DNA of 64,000 nt from Octopus sinensis (Eukaryota): the NCBI RefSeq assembly GCF_006345805.1, contig NC_043003.1:59210001-59274000 (forward strand), in the 5' to 3' direction. The notes beneath the pieces are model-generated. The model did no database searches and was not told the origin of the DNA. It saw nothing but the letters and a program-made list of their open reading frames with translations. Shown here piece after piece: positions 23,098-36,019 of the stretch. Position 1 is the stretch's first letter. Each line of letters starts with the position of its first letter. The position numbers were made by a program, and so were the translations under genes.

Positions 23098-26000
23098 CAC
23101 AAAGAAACTGTACTGGGATCTTCTCGAGGACAAACCAACGGAGGAGAAAGCAAAAACTTTCGAGGAGTAAGTAACCCTCTGTATTCTAATTCATTAGAAC
23201 TATGATCAAGATTGGTTGTGTAAATGCGCGTGGCTTGGGGTCCCCTTGGAAACAAGGGTACCTCTTAAATGACATAAAGTCACATAAGTTAGAAATCATA
23301 GCCATAAGCGAGACCAGACTCCACAATCCGCGGGCCCTAAAGACCATGTTTGGCGGACAGTTCAACATTTATTTTTCCCCCTGTCTGCCGAGAATGGGCG
23401 GTAGTGGCACCGCGGTACTTTTTCACAAGAGTCTGGATCTCAATGTAAGGACAATATTCGTAGACCCGGAGGGTAGACTGGTCGTCCTGGATGTCGACGG
23501 CAGCAATGGGTGCGCTTTTCGGCTCGTATCAGTTTACGCACCGCCCTTAACAGGTCGGGCGGATTTCTTTCAACGTCTAGAAGTTTTCTTGGGAACGTCT
23601 CGTCCTTTACTCTTAGTGGGGGATTGGAATGCTACCTTGGACACGCATGTAGACTACGTGGGTAGAGATAGGAATAGACGGGGATGCAAATGCCTCAGAG
23701 ACCTGCTCAGACGCTTTCAACTGTCTGACAGGTTTCGACTAGACCACCCGAATGCGCCAACGTGGACATGGAGCAACCGCATCGGGTCGTCGAGATCGTA
23801 TCTAGATAGGATACTGTGTAGGACAGTAGATAGAGATAGCATAGGATGTCCACAATTCCACATAGTCAGCTACACGGATCACAAACTTGTGACATGTACG
23901 CTAGACTTAGGTAAGACACTTAGGCAGGGTCCCGGATACTGGAAACTAAACGCGTCTTTCCCATCGAGACAAGTTTTCAGAGACCGGATTAGCACACTAG
24001 TAAAGAGGGCTTTGACGGGAGCCATCATCAACAACAAATGGTGGTTTGCCCTCAAGAGAGCAGTAAAAGCAGAAGCGATTAGGTACAGCAAAGCACTAGC
24101 CATAGATAGAAATAGAGTAGAGGGTGAGCTAGTTAAGAAGCTAGAAGAGGCAATTAGAAGCGGCATCGCATCCGACGTTTTGGCGGCGAGGTTGGCCCTC
24201 GACCAACACTTCAACGCCAAACACGAAGGATGTGCTGTCAGAGCTAGGATGCGTGCTCTAAGGAACGAAGGTGTTGGAGCCGCGAGAGAGGCCCGGGTGG
24301 CAGAGGCGCAACAGGGCAACAAAGCCACCATTCGGTCACTGGTAGATGAACAGGGGCGCGAATTGCTCGAGCCAAGTAAAATGTGTGAGGCCTTTCAGCA
24401 GCATTTTGCCCGACTGTTCGGAACGAGTGGAGGGCAAGAACGTAGGGTGGACTTCAGTGCCTACCTACATAGCCTACCACGACTCTCGACAAGAAAGGCA
24501 GGGTGCTGCGAAGGTGCCATCACGGCGGCGGAAGTGCGGGAAGCGATGGCAGAATGCTCGAGGGACAAATCACCGGGTTTGGATGGTCTACCCTACGAGC
24601 TTTACAATTGTATGCCAGACTTGTTTGGAGATCTCTTGGCGGCGGTGTACTGCAACTGGCAGCAAAACGGGAGCATTCCTGGTTTTGTGAGCCGAGGAGC
24701 CGTAACACTGCTGAAGAAAGATCTAAACAAGGGAAATGTAATAGATAACTTTAGGCCCATCACTCTGCTTAATGCAGACTTGAAAATTTTGGCCAAGGTG
24801 CTAGCCAAGAGGTTGGCGCTTGTCATCGAGAAACTGGTCGACAAGGCGCAAACATGCGCCGTGCCAGGCCGGACCATCCATGACAACCTCCATCTGATGC
24901 GCTACATCATAGACAGGGTAGTTAACGAACCTGGCATTGGGGCCCTGATCAACTTGGATCAATCAAAAGCCTTTGATAGGGTAGACCATCGATACTTGGA
25001 GGCAGTCCTGAGAGCGGCTGGTTTCGGTCCCGTCTTCCGCGGCTGGATAGCTGCCTTGTACAGAGGCATCCGTTCGGTAATTCGCGTAAATGGACATCTA
25101 TCGAGACCTTTCGACATTGCACGTTCGGTCCGTCAGGGATGCCCCCTCTCGGCGCTTCTATACGTATTGACTCTTGAGCCACTACTGCGGAAGCTGGCGA
25201 CTCTAAGGGGCATCCCGCGAGAATTGGGATGCGGGACGAGCGTGTCTGCATACGCGGACGACGTCACCGTCATAGTGTCTAGCCACGAGCACATCGAGCT
25301 GGTCGGCGAGACACTGAAAAACTACGAAGCGGTGACAGGAGCGAAAATCAACCGGGAAAAGTCAGTGGGCTTGCGACTAGGCACCTGGAGAAGCAAGCCC
25401 ATGCCGTCCACCAGCGCCTCCGTCGTGGGACGCTGGACCGACGGCCCGGTTGAGTTGCTCGGGTCTGGTTTGGTCCGGACCTCCAAGTGGAGAAGAACTG
25501 GAACGAGATAACGAGTAGGGTGGTCACTCTCGCCCGGCAATGGGCCGAGAGGAAACTGTCCCTAAAAGGTCGAGCGGAGGTGGCGAACACGTACATCGCG
25601 TCCGTCATCTACTACCGCCTGACCGTCGTACCTTGTCCCGACCCTACCATCACCAAACTACAACGCATCCTCTTTCGCTTCTTGTGGAAAGGATGCGTCC
25701 CGATGGTCAGGCGATCCATTTGCTGTCAACACCCGTTAAAAGGAGGGCTGGGCATGCCGTGGTTGATGATGCGCAGACACGCGCTGAGACTGCGACATCT
25801 CTGGCTCTATGTAGACGACGGTGAACAGGTGTGGTCGCCGTTTGTGAGGCACGCTTTCCCGCAGCTCGTCTCCATGACCGAACTGCAGTCGTGGATCAAA
25901 AAGAGCCGAGGAAGGGCGAATGGCACCGCGAGTGTCGCGTTGCTCTCAAGCAACTCTGCCGTCCTGGGTCGACCTTAAGTGACTTCAACACAACCAAAGC

Positions 26001-27042
26001 ATTCTATAGGGGTTTAGTGGAGGGGAGGTACGACGACGAGCTCGGGGCGAACCTGGACGTCGACGAGGAGTACCTGACCCGCCTGTTCGGGACGACTTTC
26101 GGGCCAGGGCCCATGGACAACTTCCAGAGATCCCTGGCCTGGCAGTGCTACCGAGAAGCGCTACCCGTTCGGGATAAGCTCTACAGACACGGCTCGAGAA
26201 ACACGGGGCCGACCTGCCCGAGATGCGGTCAGAGCGACGAAACCGTTCTGCACGCACTCGTTCAGTGTCCAACAATTTCCGACCTGTGGGCTTATGTCGA
26301 ACACTGCTGTCACGTGTGGGACGAGTCGGTTTATCAGCTGAGTCTATCGTCAATATTGTCACGCCTCCTTCCTTCAAACGGGAAGGAAGAGCTATTTTCA
26401 TCATCCTTGTGGCTATGGCGAAAGAATGTATCTGGTGGACGCGTCTGAAAGGATTGGAGACAAACACTTTCCTCTCTGGTCAATCTCTCATCAACTTCTT
26501 CAAGTACCACTTGAAAAGGAAAGTGAGAGTAGAGAGGCAAGTTTTGTCTAGCGAATGTTTTAAAAAAAGATGGGTGAATGTAGCAAGAATGGCACGTATG
26601 AATGACGAAGCCACCTTGAGCATAGTCCTATGAACCCAGAAATCGAAAACAGAGAGTTGCTTATTTGCAAAAAAAAAAAAAAAAAAAAAAGAAATATAAA
26701 ATGTGACTTCATTGACCGAGGTTACCGTGGTCTTTTCCGCAGGCTTTTCTTTCCACGGGTAAACCTCACCTGTCCTCCCCTTTACACTTCATATTGACAT
26801 TTCTGTGATAACGATCCCTATTGATCATTTTTTTTTTTTTTTTTCCTCTCCCCCCCTTTTTTTTTTTTTTTTTTTTTTAACCCCCCTTATTTTTGTCCTC
26901 TTTCTCTCCTTTTACGATCCCTTTTGATCGAACCTCCCCCTCCTTTTTTTTTTTTTTTTTTTTTTTAATACCTTCAAAAGAAAAGCTCTACCTTGTAATT
27001 TGTTCTATCTGTGTGCAGCCCTGTGTGGCTAATAAAGAAACA
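23098..27042 (+). mobile_element. Tx1/L1-clade non-LTR retrotransposon, 5'-truncated, embedded in (TATC)n
   Basis: Probable ORF1 end (TKKLYWDLLEDKPTEEKAKTFEE*), ORF2, A/T-tract 3' UTR, AATAAA at 27031-27036, (TATC)n at 23024-23097 and 27043-27086; GC-rich relative to flanks. Confidence 0.92.
23202..26633 (+). pseudogene. Tx1-type ORF2 (APE endonuclease, reverse transcriptase, zinc knuckle) split by three -1 frameshifts
   Basis: NARGL, SETR, GDWN, SYLDR and SYTDH (APE); KSPGLDG, FRPITLLN, QGCPLS and YADD (RT); CPRCGQSDETVLHALVQCP. Frames step 0, 2, 1, 0 at about 25462, 25905 and 26304; restored length 1144 aa. Confidence 0.92.
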
Positions 27043-27086
<44 letters not shown>

Positions 27087-27413
27087 CAACTATCTTTTCT
27101 TCTCGATTCTTCCCATCCTATTTATTTGTTCTTTTATTTATTCATTAATACATTTATCTTATTATCTATTTGTTCACGATGTGATTAATTTTTCATTTAA
27201 ATACTACGGAATGGTCAACCAAATTTTTTTAGGGAACTTATCCTTTTTTTTAAAAAAGCAAATCTTTATGATAAACCTGTTTTTCTTTAGTTTATCATTT
27301 ATTTTTTACTTATCATATTTATTGTATTCTTTCTCTGAATTTGTAATGATCTTCGGCCATTGCTACCTTATAGCAACCCATATATGCTGCCGAATATATT
27401 TATTGTAAGTGAA

Positions 27414-27786
27414 TCTCTCTCTATATAAACGGCAGTTTGTCTGTGTGTGTTTCTGTGTGTCTGTTAGCTTGTACCCTCACCCTGACCACGGCTTTCAACC
27501 GATTCTGATGAAACTTAACACATACATAGCCCAATGTCATAATTCAAAACTAACGCAGAGAAAATTTTGAAAAGTTCCCCCAGTTCTGAAGAAAATCGAT
27601 AAATTCGACATGGGGTCGAGAATCAGAGACACAAACCACAGACTGTCTAGGGGACGCAACTCGACCGTTTTAACTCTCAAAAAAAATTTACCATAATTTT
27701 TTTTCCAGTTTTTTGGCTAAACTCTCTAAAAATGCTTTATAGTTATTTCCCTTACAAACCCGAGCAACGCCGGGCGATACTGCTAG
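27414..27786 (+). mobile_element. Non-autonomous Helitron
   Basis: A|TC 5' end, subterminal hairpin cccg-agcaacgc-cggg (27759-27774), CTAG|T 3' end; internal (TG)n and aaccgattctgatgaaact motif. Confidence 0.75.
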
Positions 27787-27859
27787 TATATAATAAGACT
27801 ATTGGCTATTCGTGGCAGAGTTGACGTTTTAACCAGCCATGAAATGTTAGGGATCAATT

Positions 27860-28464
27860 CTGTAGGTTTTTACTTCACTCTAAACGCTTTGCAACGTTTA
27901 TTTTTGAAAGTAGTGGTTTTCTGATTGCGGCCCTCCTGTGAAATCCATCTTTGTACAGCTCCCGGCGATTAGTCTTTGTAGAAACTGGATTTTCGAGGTG
28001 GTCATTAAGCTCTGCAGTAATTTTGGGAGCTGTACCTATGTGATCCTTTCTAACAATTCGCATAAGAGGCCGACGCTCCCTATCAGAAAGTTTTGGTTTT
28101 CTTCCGGAGTTTTGTTTCGATGTGGAAGTTTTTTTCCCACTTTCTCAAAGGATGTCATTACTTTCAGGACTACTTCTTGATGCACCAAACATTTCGGTTG
28201 TTTTCGTTACGCTAGGATCTGCTATACTGGCACCAACAATTTGACATCTTCGACAGTCCGATAGAACTGTCATTTTAATGAATTTTAATTATCTCTTCTT
28301 GATGATATCTGGAAGGAAACAGCAATTTTAGCAATACACATTAAGCAACACTAATGATAAATAAAAAAAAACATAAAAATAAACGAGATTTTGACGGTTT
28401 TATAGATATATCAAAATTATAATGATATGATGCTAGGTGTTTCCATTATTTTGTCCAACCCCTG
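27860..28464 (-). mobile_element. Tc1-family DNA transposon, 5' fragment
   Basis: Terminus TA-caggggttggacaaaataatggaaacacc; ORF 27875-28063 TAPKITAELNDHLENPVSTKT.RREL...RKPLLS (Tc1 HTH region); second TIR not found. Confidence 0.85.
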
Positions 28465-28524
28465 TATATCTATGTATGAACTTATACATATGTATGCATG
28501 CATGTATGTATGTATGTATGTATG

Positions 28525-28558
<34 letters not shown>

Positions 28559-28587
28559 TGTATGTATATATATATGTATATATATAT

Positions 28588-28873
28588 CGCCGTCACCGTG
28601 ATCGACCAGGCTATCAGATGTTGCTACACATCGCTGGTCACAATGCGCTTCGCATTGTTTTAGTCTTCAAATGACGCCACCCCGCTGACTGAGTGAGCAG
28701 GCCAACTGAAGAGAAGAAAGGGGGAGAGAAAGTTGTGGCGAAAGAGTACAGCAGGGATCGTGGAACTTCAGGTGTTTTCGCTCAATAAGCACTCACGACG
28801 CCTGGTCTGGGAATCGAAACCGCGATCCTACGACTGCGGGTCCGGTGCCCTAACCAGTGGGTCATTGCGCCTC

Positions 28874-28876
<3 letters not shown>
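28588..28876 (-). mobile_element. tRNA-derived SINE (head shared with 32657 and 54900)
   Basis: Minus strand gtggaggcgcaatgacccactggttagggc...ggtttcgattcccagacc. Confidence 0.85.
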
Positions 28877-28924
<48 letters not shown>

Positions 28925-29570
28925 ACATACATACATACATATGTGTGTGTTTTGTATGTGTGTGTGTTTTGCATCACCATCGCACGCCTTCCTTCACAAA
29001 ATTCCATGTATCAGAGGGAGTTTCATGTACCTACCGAAAGCACAGCAAATCTAACGGGGGTGCCTCAGTTTACCCGCATCTCTCAAGTTGAAACTAGTAT
29101 ATGAATAAAAGAAACAAGAGAATGTATACTTCTATGCATGCACATGTGTGTGTTACTGTAGAATTCTATGAATGTAACATTCTATGCTTGCATTTGCGTT
29201 CCCTTATGACTATATGTATGCAACGATGATTAGAAGTGTATATGTGCATGTAAATTTGTAGAATATGTGCATGTAAACAAATACAGTATGTACATAAACA
29301 CCATAGGTACTAAAAGGAATATTGTACTTGGAAAACATTTAACTTGAATTATAAATGGAAAAAGTTGTTGAAATGTATATAGATAGGTAGATAGATATAT
29401 GGTTTGATTCAATTTATATATTCACATATATCCACATTTTCTGAATATATATTTATACGTAACTACATATCTTACATATCTAATCATACATACAAATATA
29501 TAGAAACACACACACACGCACATACACACACACACAAATGCATACCTATATATATATATATATATATATA

Positions 29571-29906
29571 TTTATTATTTTTTATTTTTACCGTTATTGT
29601 TTTTACGTTTTTGTATTCTTATTGGTGTCACGTATTCTGTATTTTTGTTTGTGTACTTCGATCGTTTTCCGTCCTTTCGTTGTATACATTCGAAGCTTTC
29701 TTCCAGGGGATCTAATGCGCTTGGCTTATTTCCCTTGGCTGGCTGGCCATATCGGAGCAATCTCAAGATTAATCAGCCGAAATTGCTAAGATGATCTGGT
29801 TCTTGACTGATGACTGAGGGCTTCGAATGTCCTGTCCTGTGGTTCTTGTGTCGTCTCTGTGGTGTTTCATGTTCTTGTCCATGTCTGTATTTAATTTTAC
29901 TGTTTA

Positions 29907-29908
<2 letters not shown>
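29571..29908 (+). repeat. Unclassified dispersed repeat bounded by (TA)n; second copy 36556-36852
   Basis: Shared block ...atctcaagattaatca...gaaattgc...gatgatc.ggttcttgactga.ga...ggcttcgaat. Confidence 0.7.
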
Positions 29909-29947
<39 letters not shown>

Positions 29948-30979
29948 ACACACACGCACATACACACACACAAACGCATACCTATATATATACACGCATA
30001 TTCTGTACACATGCGTTGCATACCTATATATTTGAAAATATTTTTACTGGTGTGCATACTTCATACTTTCATAATTTCATACATGTGTGCATATATGCAC
30101 ATACATATATACGTGTGTTGTCATGAGTAAGTTAGTGAGTGTCTGCATGTATATCTTCTCAATGTTTTGTGGAGAGTAGATAGATAATGAAGCACGTACA
30201 TCAGTAACAATGCTTGAAGTGTTAATTGTTGGTCTTTCATTTACAGTAGTTTTTTTAAAAATTTATATATTGGTCCTCTATAAACTCATATGCGTGCATA
30301 AATACTTACTTATTTACATACACATATGTTGTATGTATGTGTGTATATATACACGCACGCACAGACATATACGTATAGTTATAAGTTGTTCTTATTTTAT
30401 ATTTTACATGTTATTTTCGTTTCATAACCGTGTTTCATTTTTATAATAAATTCATTAGCATTCTCCGTGCACAGTACAACAGCAGTCAGTTAGTGAAAAA
30501 TAAAATTTAAAAAAAAATGATTAATTAAAAATAAAATAGAATAAGAAATAATTAAAATAATGAAATGAAATTCATAAAGGAATATATAAACAAATAAAGT
30601 AACCACGCGCTGAAAATCGCAGACACTACTTATAGTAAGTTAAAATTTTTAAAATGACAACACACACATACACACAAAAGTATACATAAATAAAAAGGAA
30701 AGGTAAATTAATAATATATATATAATGAAGAAAATTTATAAAATGAAAATATACTATCGCCTATAGATAACTTATCTGTCTTTCCTTTAGAACAAACGTC
30801 TCTATACCAGCCTCTATGTCTCCTCTCCACCTTCTCTCTGTCTCTCTGTCTCTTTCTTTCTTTCCTTCTTTCTTTCTTTCTTTCTATATATCTCCCGAAC
30901 GACATCATCCATGTAATTTTATTTAATTTGTCACATTAATCAATCAATTAATTAATTATTTTATGATATTCCCAAGTTG

Positions 30980-31029
<50 letters not shown>

Positions 31030-31359
31030 ACTACTACTACTCTTTTTTTCCGCCTCTAGAAGCCAAAGGCAGCATTTTGCATTCGATGCTTTAATTTTCA
31101 ACAGATTCATATATAATTTAATATTCTCGTTTAAAAATGAACACTTATTTCTGCGGAATAGGTGATTTTCTACAATATTAATTTTTGTGTTTTTTTTATC
31201 GTGTTTTTTTTTCTTACTTTCTAATCAATGTAATTTTCTGTAAATACTATCTAATGCTTTTTGGGCTTCTTTGGACTGATGTTTTATGCAAGTGTGTGTG
31301 TGTGTGTGTTTTTGTGTGCATGTGGTGTATGGTGTAAGTATGTATGTTTGTATATATAT

Positions 31360-31399
<40 letters not shown>

Positions 31400-31584
31400 T
31401 ATATATTATATATACATTCATATGTATATATATATATATATATTATTATATATACATGCACAAATACACCACACACGTATATATATGAGTTATATATATT
31501 TATATATACACTTACAGAAACGCATATAAGTATATAGATGTATATTTGTATATGTATTACGAATATTTACATATATACATATGC

Positions 31585-31653
<69 letters not shown>

Positions 31654-32656
31654 CATACAGACACACCCACACACACACACACACACATATATATACGCTT
31701 TGATATGGACATAGATTTGTTTATAGATGTATTAGACTTATGGATGTTCACACGCATATACGCATATATATATATATATATATATATATGCAATTTTATC
31801 CAGTTTGTCGAATTCATAAAATTAATATAAATAAATATAAAATTAATATATTCACTTAAAACTTTTCTTGAAAATTACAATAGCAGACACAGCTAAAGTA
31901 CATAAGTTTTCGAAAGAACCAGTTTTATGTTAACATTAATTTATGCGCGAATAAAGAAACTTCTGGAAGTTTGAAAGAATTTATCATGCTAGCGTAACTT
32001 ACATAACCTCAGGTAAGATTTCAAACTTTCTGAACTCAATTATTCATGTCTTGTTAGTATTAAATTAAGCATTTATATCTCTATAATCAATAAAGCGCCC
32101 TCTGATAACATATTTGATTCAATATATAAAGTACGATCTATTCACTGTTACTTCTTTAGTTATAACCACTTACTTTAATCCACTGACGCCCCTGATTCTC
32201 AATGGATTTTTCATATTCTAACAGAGAATTTCCCTACTGTTATTATTGTTTAAGACGGAACAATTGTGTTTCAGCAAATCTAGTACTAAAAGCATGTCAG
32301 CCTTGACCATGTCGTTTTTAGGACCACATGTGTGTAGTTTTTAACATTACTAAATCTCTAGGATCCAAATTAAGAGAGATTTGGCTGATATTTGCTTTAG
32401 TATAATTTGCAAAACATCTAGAAACGTAACACAAGATAATCTGATCTTCGGCTTGGCAACTGTGCAAATTTAGACACTGAAGTCATAGTTTCTTCAATGG
32501 TCAAAATAATGTAGTCAATAAGAAAATTATGGCGCATTAAGTACTGTAGTCGTTTGAGCAGTAATAGACGAGCTGTTCACGGTTGGAATGCCTGCTTTCA
32601 AGAATAGGTCCTTTAATTCGAGTTTGAACTGGAGTTAGGCGGCAACAACAACAGCA

Positions 32657-32835
32657 GTGGAGGCGCAATGGCCCAGTGGTTAGGGCAGCGGACTCGCGGT
32701 CGTAAGAACGCGGTTTCGATTCCCAGACTGGGCATTGTGAGTGTTTATTGAGCAAAAACACCTAAGCTCCACAAGACTCCGGCGGGGGTGATGGTGAACC
32801 CCGCTGTACTCTTTCACCACAACTTTCTCTCACTG
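32657..32835 (+). mobile_element. tRNA-derived SINE, 3'-truncated
   Basis: A and B boxes; same head and body as 54900. Confidence 0.85.
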
Positions 32836-34087
32836 ATTTGAAGAAGAAGAAGAAGAAGATGAAGAAGAAGAAGATGAAGAAGATGAAGAAGAAAGCTGCA
32901 GCAACAACAACACCAACAACAACAACACCAACAACAACAACAACAACAGACATATAGAATAAATCTTTCTACCCAATAAATTAGAAGAGGAAACTAGTAA
33001 TAATATTAGTATGTGTAAATATGAAACGTGTAATAAAATTAAATGAAACATGTATACGAAATAAGTAAACAATAAAAAGTGAAATAATTAAGAAAGAAAT
33101 CATAACAATATGAATGTATAAGCCAATAATAGTATTACTTTTCGCCTCCGTTCGCTAGATTTGAAATACTTAACGAAAGCTTCGTTTCCTGATGAACCAT
33201 CAAACATAGATGTGAATAATTAGCATTGGATAAAACAAGCACATCACTTCAACTGTTTAAAATTTTACTTGCGTGTCAATGGAAACAAATAAGTCTATTG
33301 TGTTACAATAATATAAAACATCAAAGACAAAAGAAGAAACGCTTTCAGTGGGCTGTAATCAAAAACTGCTAAAATCTTCTAATTAAATAATTTTTGTTGT
33401 CTTTTAATGTGTACTTTTGAAGTTATATTTCTGTAATTAATAACTCAATCAAAGAAATAAATTTAGGCTTTCGTAAGCCACTTAGGGAAATTAAGGAATT
33501 TTAAGGAGGTTTTGTTCTCTAAACCAAGGGTAATTTCATGATATTTTATTCATTAAAAACATTTTATTCAAAGCTAATTAATAATTTTCTTCCTTTTGGG
33601 GGTAGCATTCCTTTTCTGCCAAACTTTAAACCTCTTTATAATTTTTGCCTTGTGGGACATAGTTATTTCCCTTATAATGACACTTCGGAAAGTTGCAATG
33701 AAAAACAAAGAGAGAACAACATGATAAATATAAAACAATTTCTTTTTTCTTCTTTTCTTTGATAAGAGCTTCAATATGTATTGGTGAAAAAGTATATGTG
33801 AATGAACTGTGATATCAGTTGATGTAGAGAAAACATCTTTTCAAATGAAACAGAACTAAAGAAAGTGTTACTAAGTACATGAAAAATATTTGTATTTCAA
33901 ATTTGGGATCAATCAAAAGAGAAACAATAACCACTCAGCAATTAATAATACATTTTCAATTCAAAAATATATCTGAATGTATTGATACTGTTATTAGTAC
34001 TGAAAAACTAAAGAGTAAAGCCGAAATACATGAAATTTGAACCAAAGACCTAAAAAGAAGGAACCAACTATTTGTACAATATTCTTT

Positions 34088-34634
34088 TCTACTCTAGGCA
34101 CGAGGCCCAAATTATTTTGGGGAAGGGGCTAGTTGATTAGATCGATTCAGTACGAAACTGGTACTTAATTTATTGATTCTGAAAGGATGAAAGGCAAAGT
34201 CGACTATTGAATTCAGAATGTAAAGACAGACGAAATACCACTAAGCATTTCGCCTTTATTGACCACAAGGGGCTAAACATAGAAGAGACAAACAATGACA
34301 GAAAAAACATCGACCCCAGTGTGTAACTGGTACTTAATTTATCGACTCGAAAGGACGACCTCAGCGGAATTGGAACTCAGAACATGCAGACAGGCGACAT
34401 ACATATTTCTTACTACCCACAAGGGGCTAAACACAGAGAGGACGAACAAGGACACACAAACGGTTTAAGTCGATTATATCGATCCCAGTGCGTAACTGGT
34501 ACTTAATTTATCGACTCCGAAAGGATGAAAGGCAAAGTCGACCTCGGCGGAATTTGAACTTAGAGCGTAGCGGCAGACAAAATACCGCTACGCATTTCGC
34601 CCGGCGCGCCAACGTTTCTGACAGCTCGCTGCCC
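34088..34634 (-). mobile_element. Tandem SINE family A copies
   Basis: Repeated cagtgcgtaactggtacttaatttatcgac blocks; head ends at 34634. Confidence 0.8.
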
Positions 34635-34663
34635 TCTACTGGGTTAAATAGTGTACCATTAAA

Positions 34664-34960
34664 GGTGGCGAGCTGGCAGAAGCGTTAGCACACCGGGTGT
34701 TTCGTCTGCCGTTACGTTCTGAGTTCAAATTCCACCAAGGACAACTTTGCCTTTCGTCCGTTCGAGGTCGATTAAATAAGTACCAGTTACGCACTGGGGT
34801 CGATATAATCGACTTAATCCGTTTTTCTGTCTTTGTTTGTCCTCTCTGCGTTTAGCTCCTTGTGGGTAGTAAAGAAATAGGTATTTCGTCTGCCGCTACC
34901 TTCTAAGTTCAAATCCGCCGAGGTCAATTTTGCCGTTCATCATTTCGGGGTCGAATAAAT
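34664..34960 (+). mobile_element. SINE family A with partial tandem duplication, inverted relative to 34088-34634
   Basis: ggtggcgagctggcagaagcgttagc...aagtaccagttacgcactggggtcgat... Confidence 0.85.
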
Positions 34961-35229
34961 AAGTAACAACCTTGAGCAAGATACTTTATTTCACGTTGCT
35001 GCAGTCCACTCAGCTGGCAAAAATGAGTAGTAACTGTATCTCAAAGGGCCAGCCTTGTTCTACCCTGTGTCACGCTGAATCTCCCGCAGAACTACGTTAA
35101 GGGCACACGTGTCTGTGGAGCGCTCAACCTCTTGTACATTAATTTCAGGAGCAAGCCATTCCATTGATCGTATCAGCTGGGACCCTCGTAATCCTTAATC
35201 TCTTATCCCACACACACACTGAACAGCAT

Positions 35230-35580
35230 GCATATCAGTGACCCACCATGCGGCACACCCTCTTCCATTCGCCCATGGAAGCAGTTCAGCTTACAGAATG
35301 TCGCTAATGTACCGCAGGGCGTCAATTTTAATACTCGAGGGCACAAAAATTATGCAAGACATTCCAGTGGATGTTACAACTACCCGAACTATAATAGACT
35401 GTTTATTTTGATGTCAATTTTCGAGTCTACCATCGACAGCGCCAGATACACACCAAAGTTCCTCATTCTGGTGCTTTGCTGTCTGTGCGATGTAAAATTT
35501 CTTTTCATCAGTGAACATTAAGATGGGCAGCGTGCCTTCAGCAATCTGATGCAGTATAAAACCATTTCTCTCCAGTCTCA
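35230..35580 (-). mobile_element. maT-like (Tc1/mariner superfamily, DD37D-type) transposase remnant
   Basis: Minus-strand frame LMFTDEKKFYI...HQNEELW...KQSIIVRVVVTSTG...IFVPSSIKIDALRYISDIL*AELLPWA with two stops. Confidence 0.7.
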
Positions 35581-35810
35581 TAGCCATTATCTAATTAATA
35601 ATTCTGAATTTATTTAGTCAGCAAAAAAAAAACAAAAACAAAGGCAGAAAAAAAAAAGACATACAAAGCTTTTATAATGATGCATAATTTTCATATCTTA
35701 TTACATTTATTGATAGTTATTAAAGCCCGAAACTTCGGTTGCCTAATTTCGAGACACCTTGTATGCATACATACATACATACATGCATAACATACATATA
35801 TATAAATGTA

Positions 35811-35842
<32 letters not shown>

Positions 35843-35970
35843 CGTGTATATATATATATATATATATATGTATTATGTATATATACATATATATAATATA
35901 TATATATATATATATAATATATTATATATATGTATATATGTATATATATAATATTATATATATATATATA

Positions 35971-36019
<49 letters not shown>

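Noticed and set aside
23879-26540. Alternative-frame and antisense ORFs inside the Tx1 element
   Set aside because: By-products of GC-rich coding sequence; only the frames that reconstruct ORF2 carry motifs.
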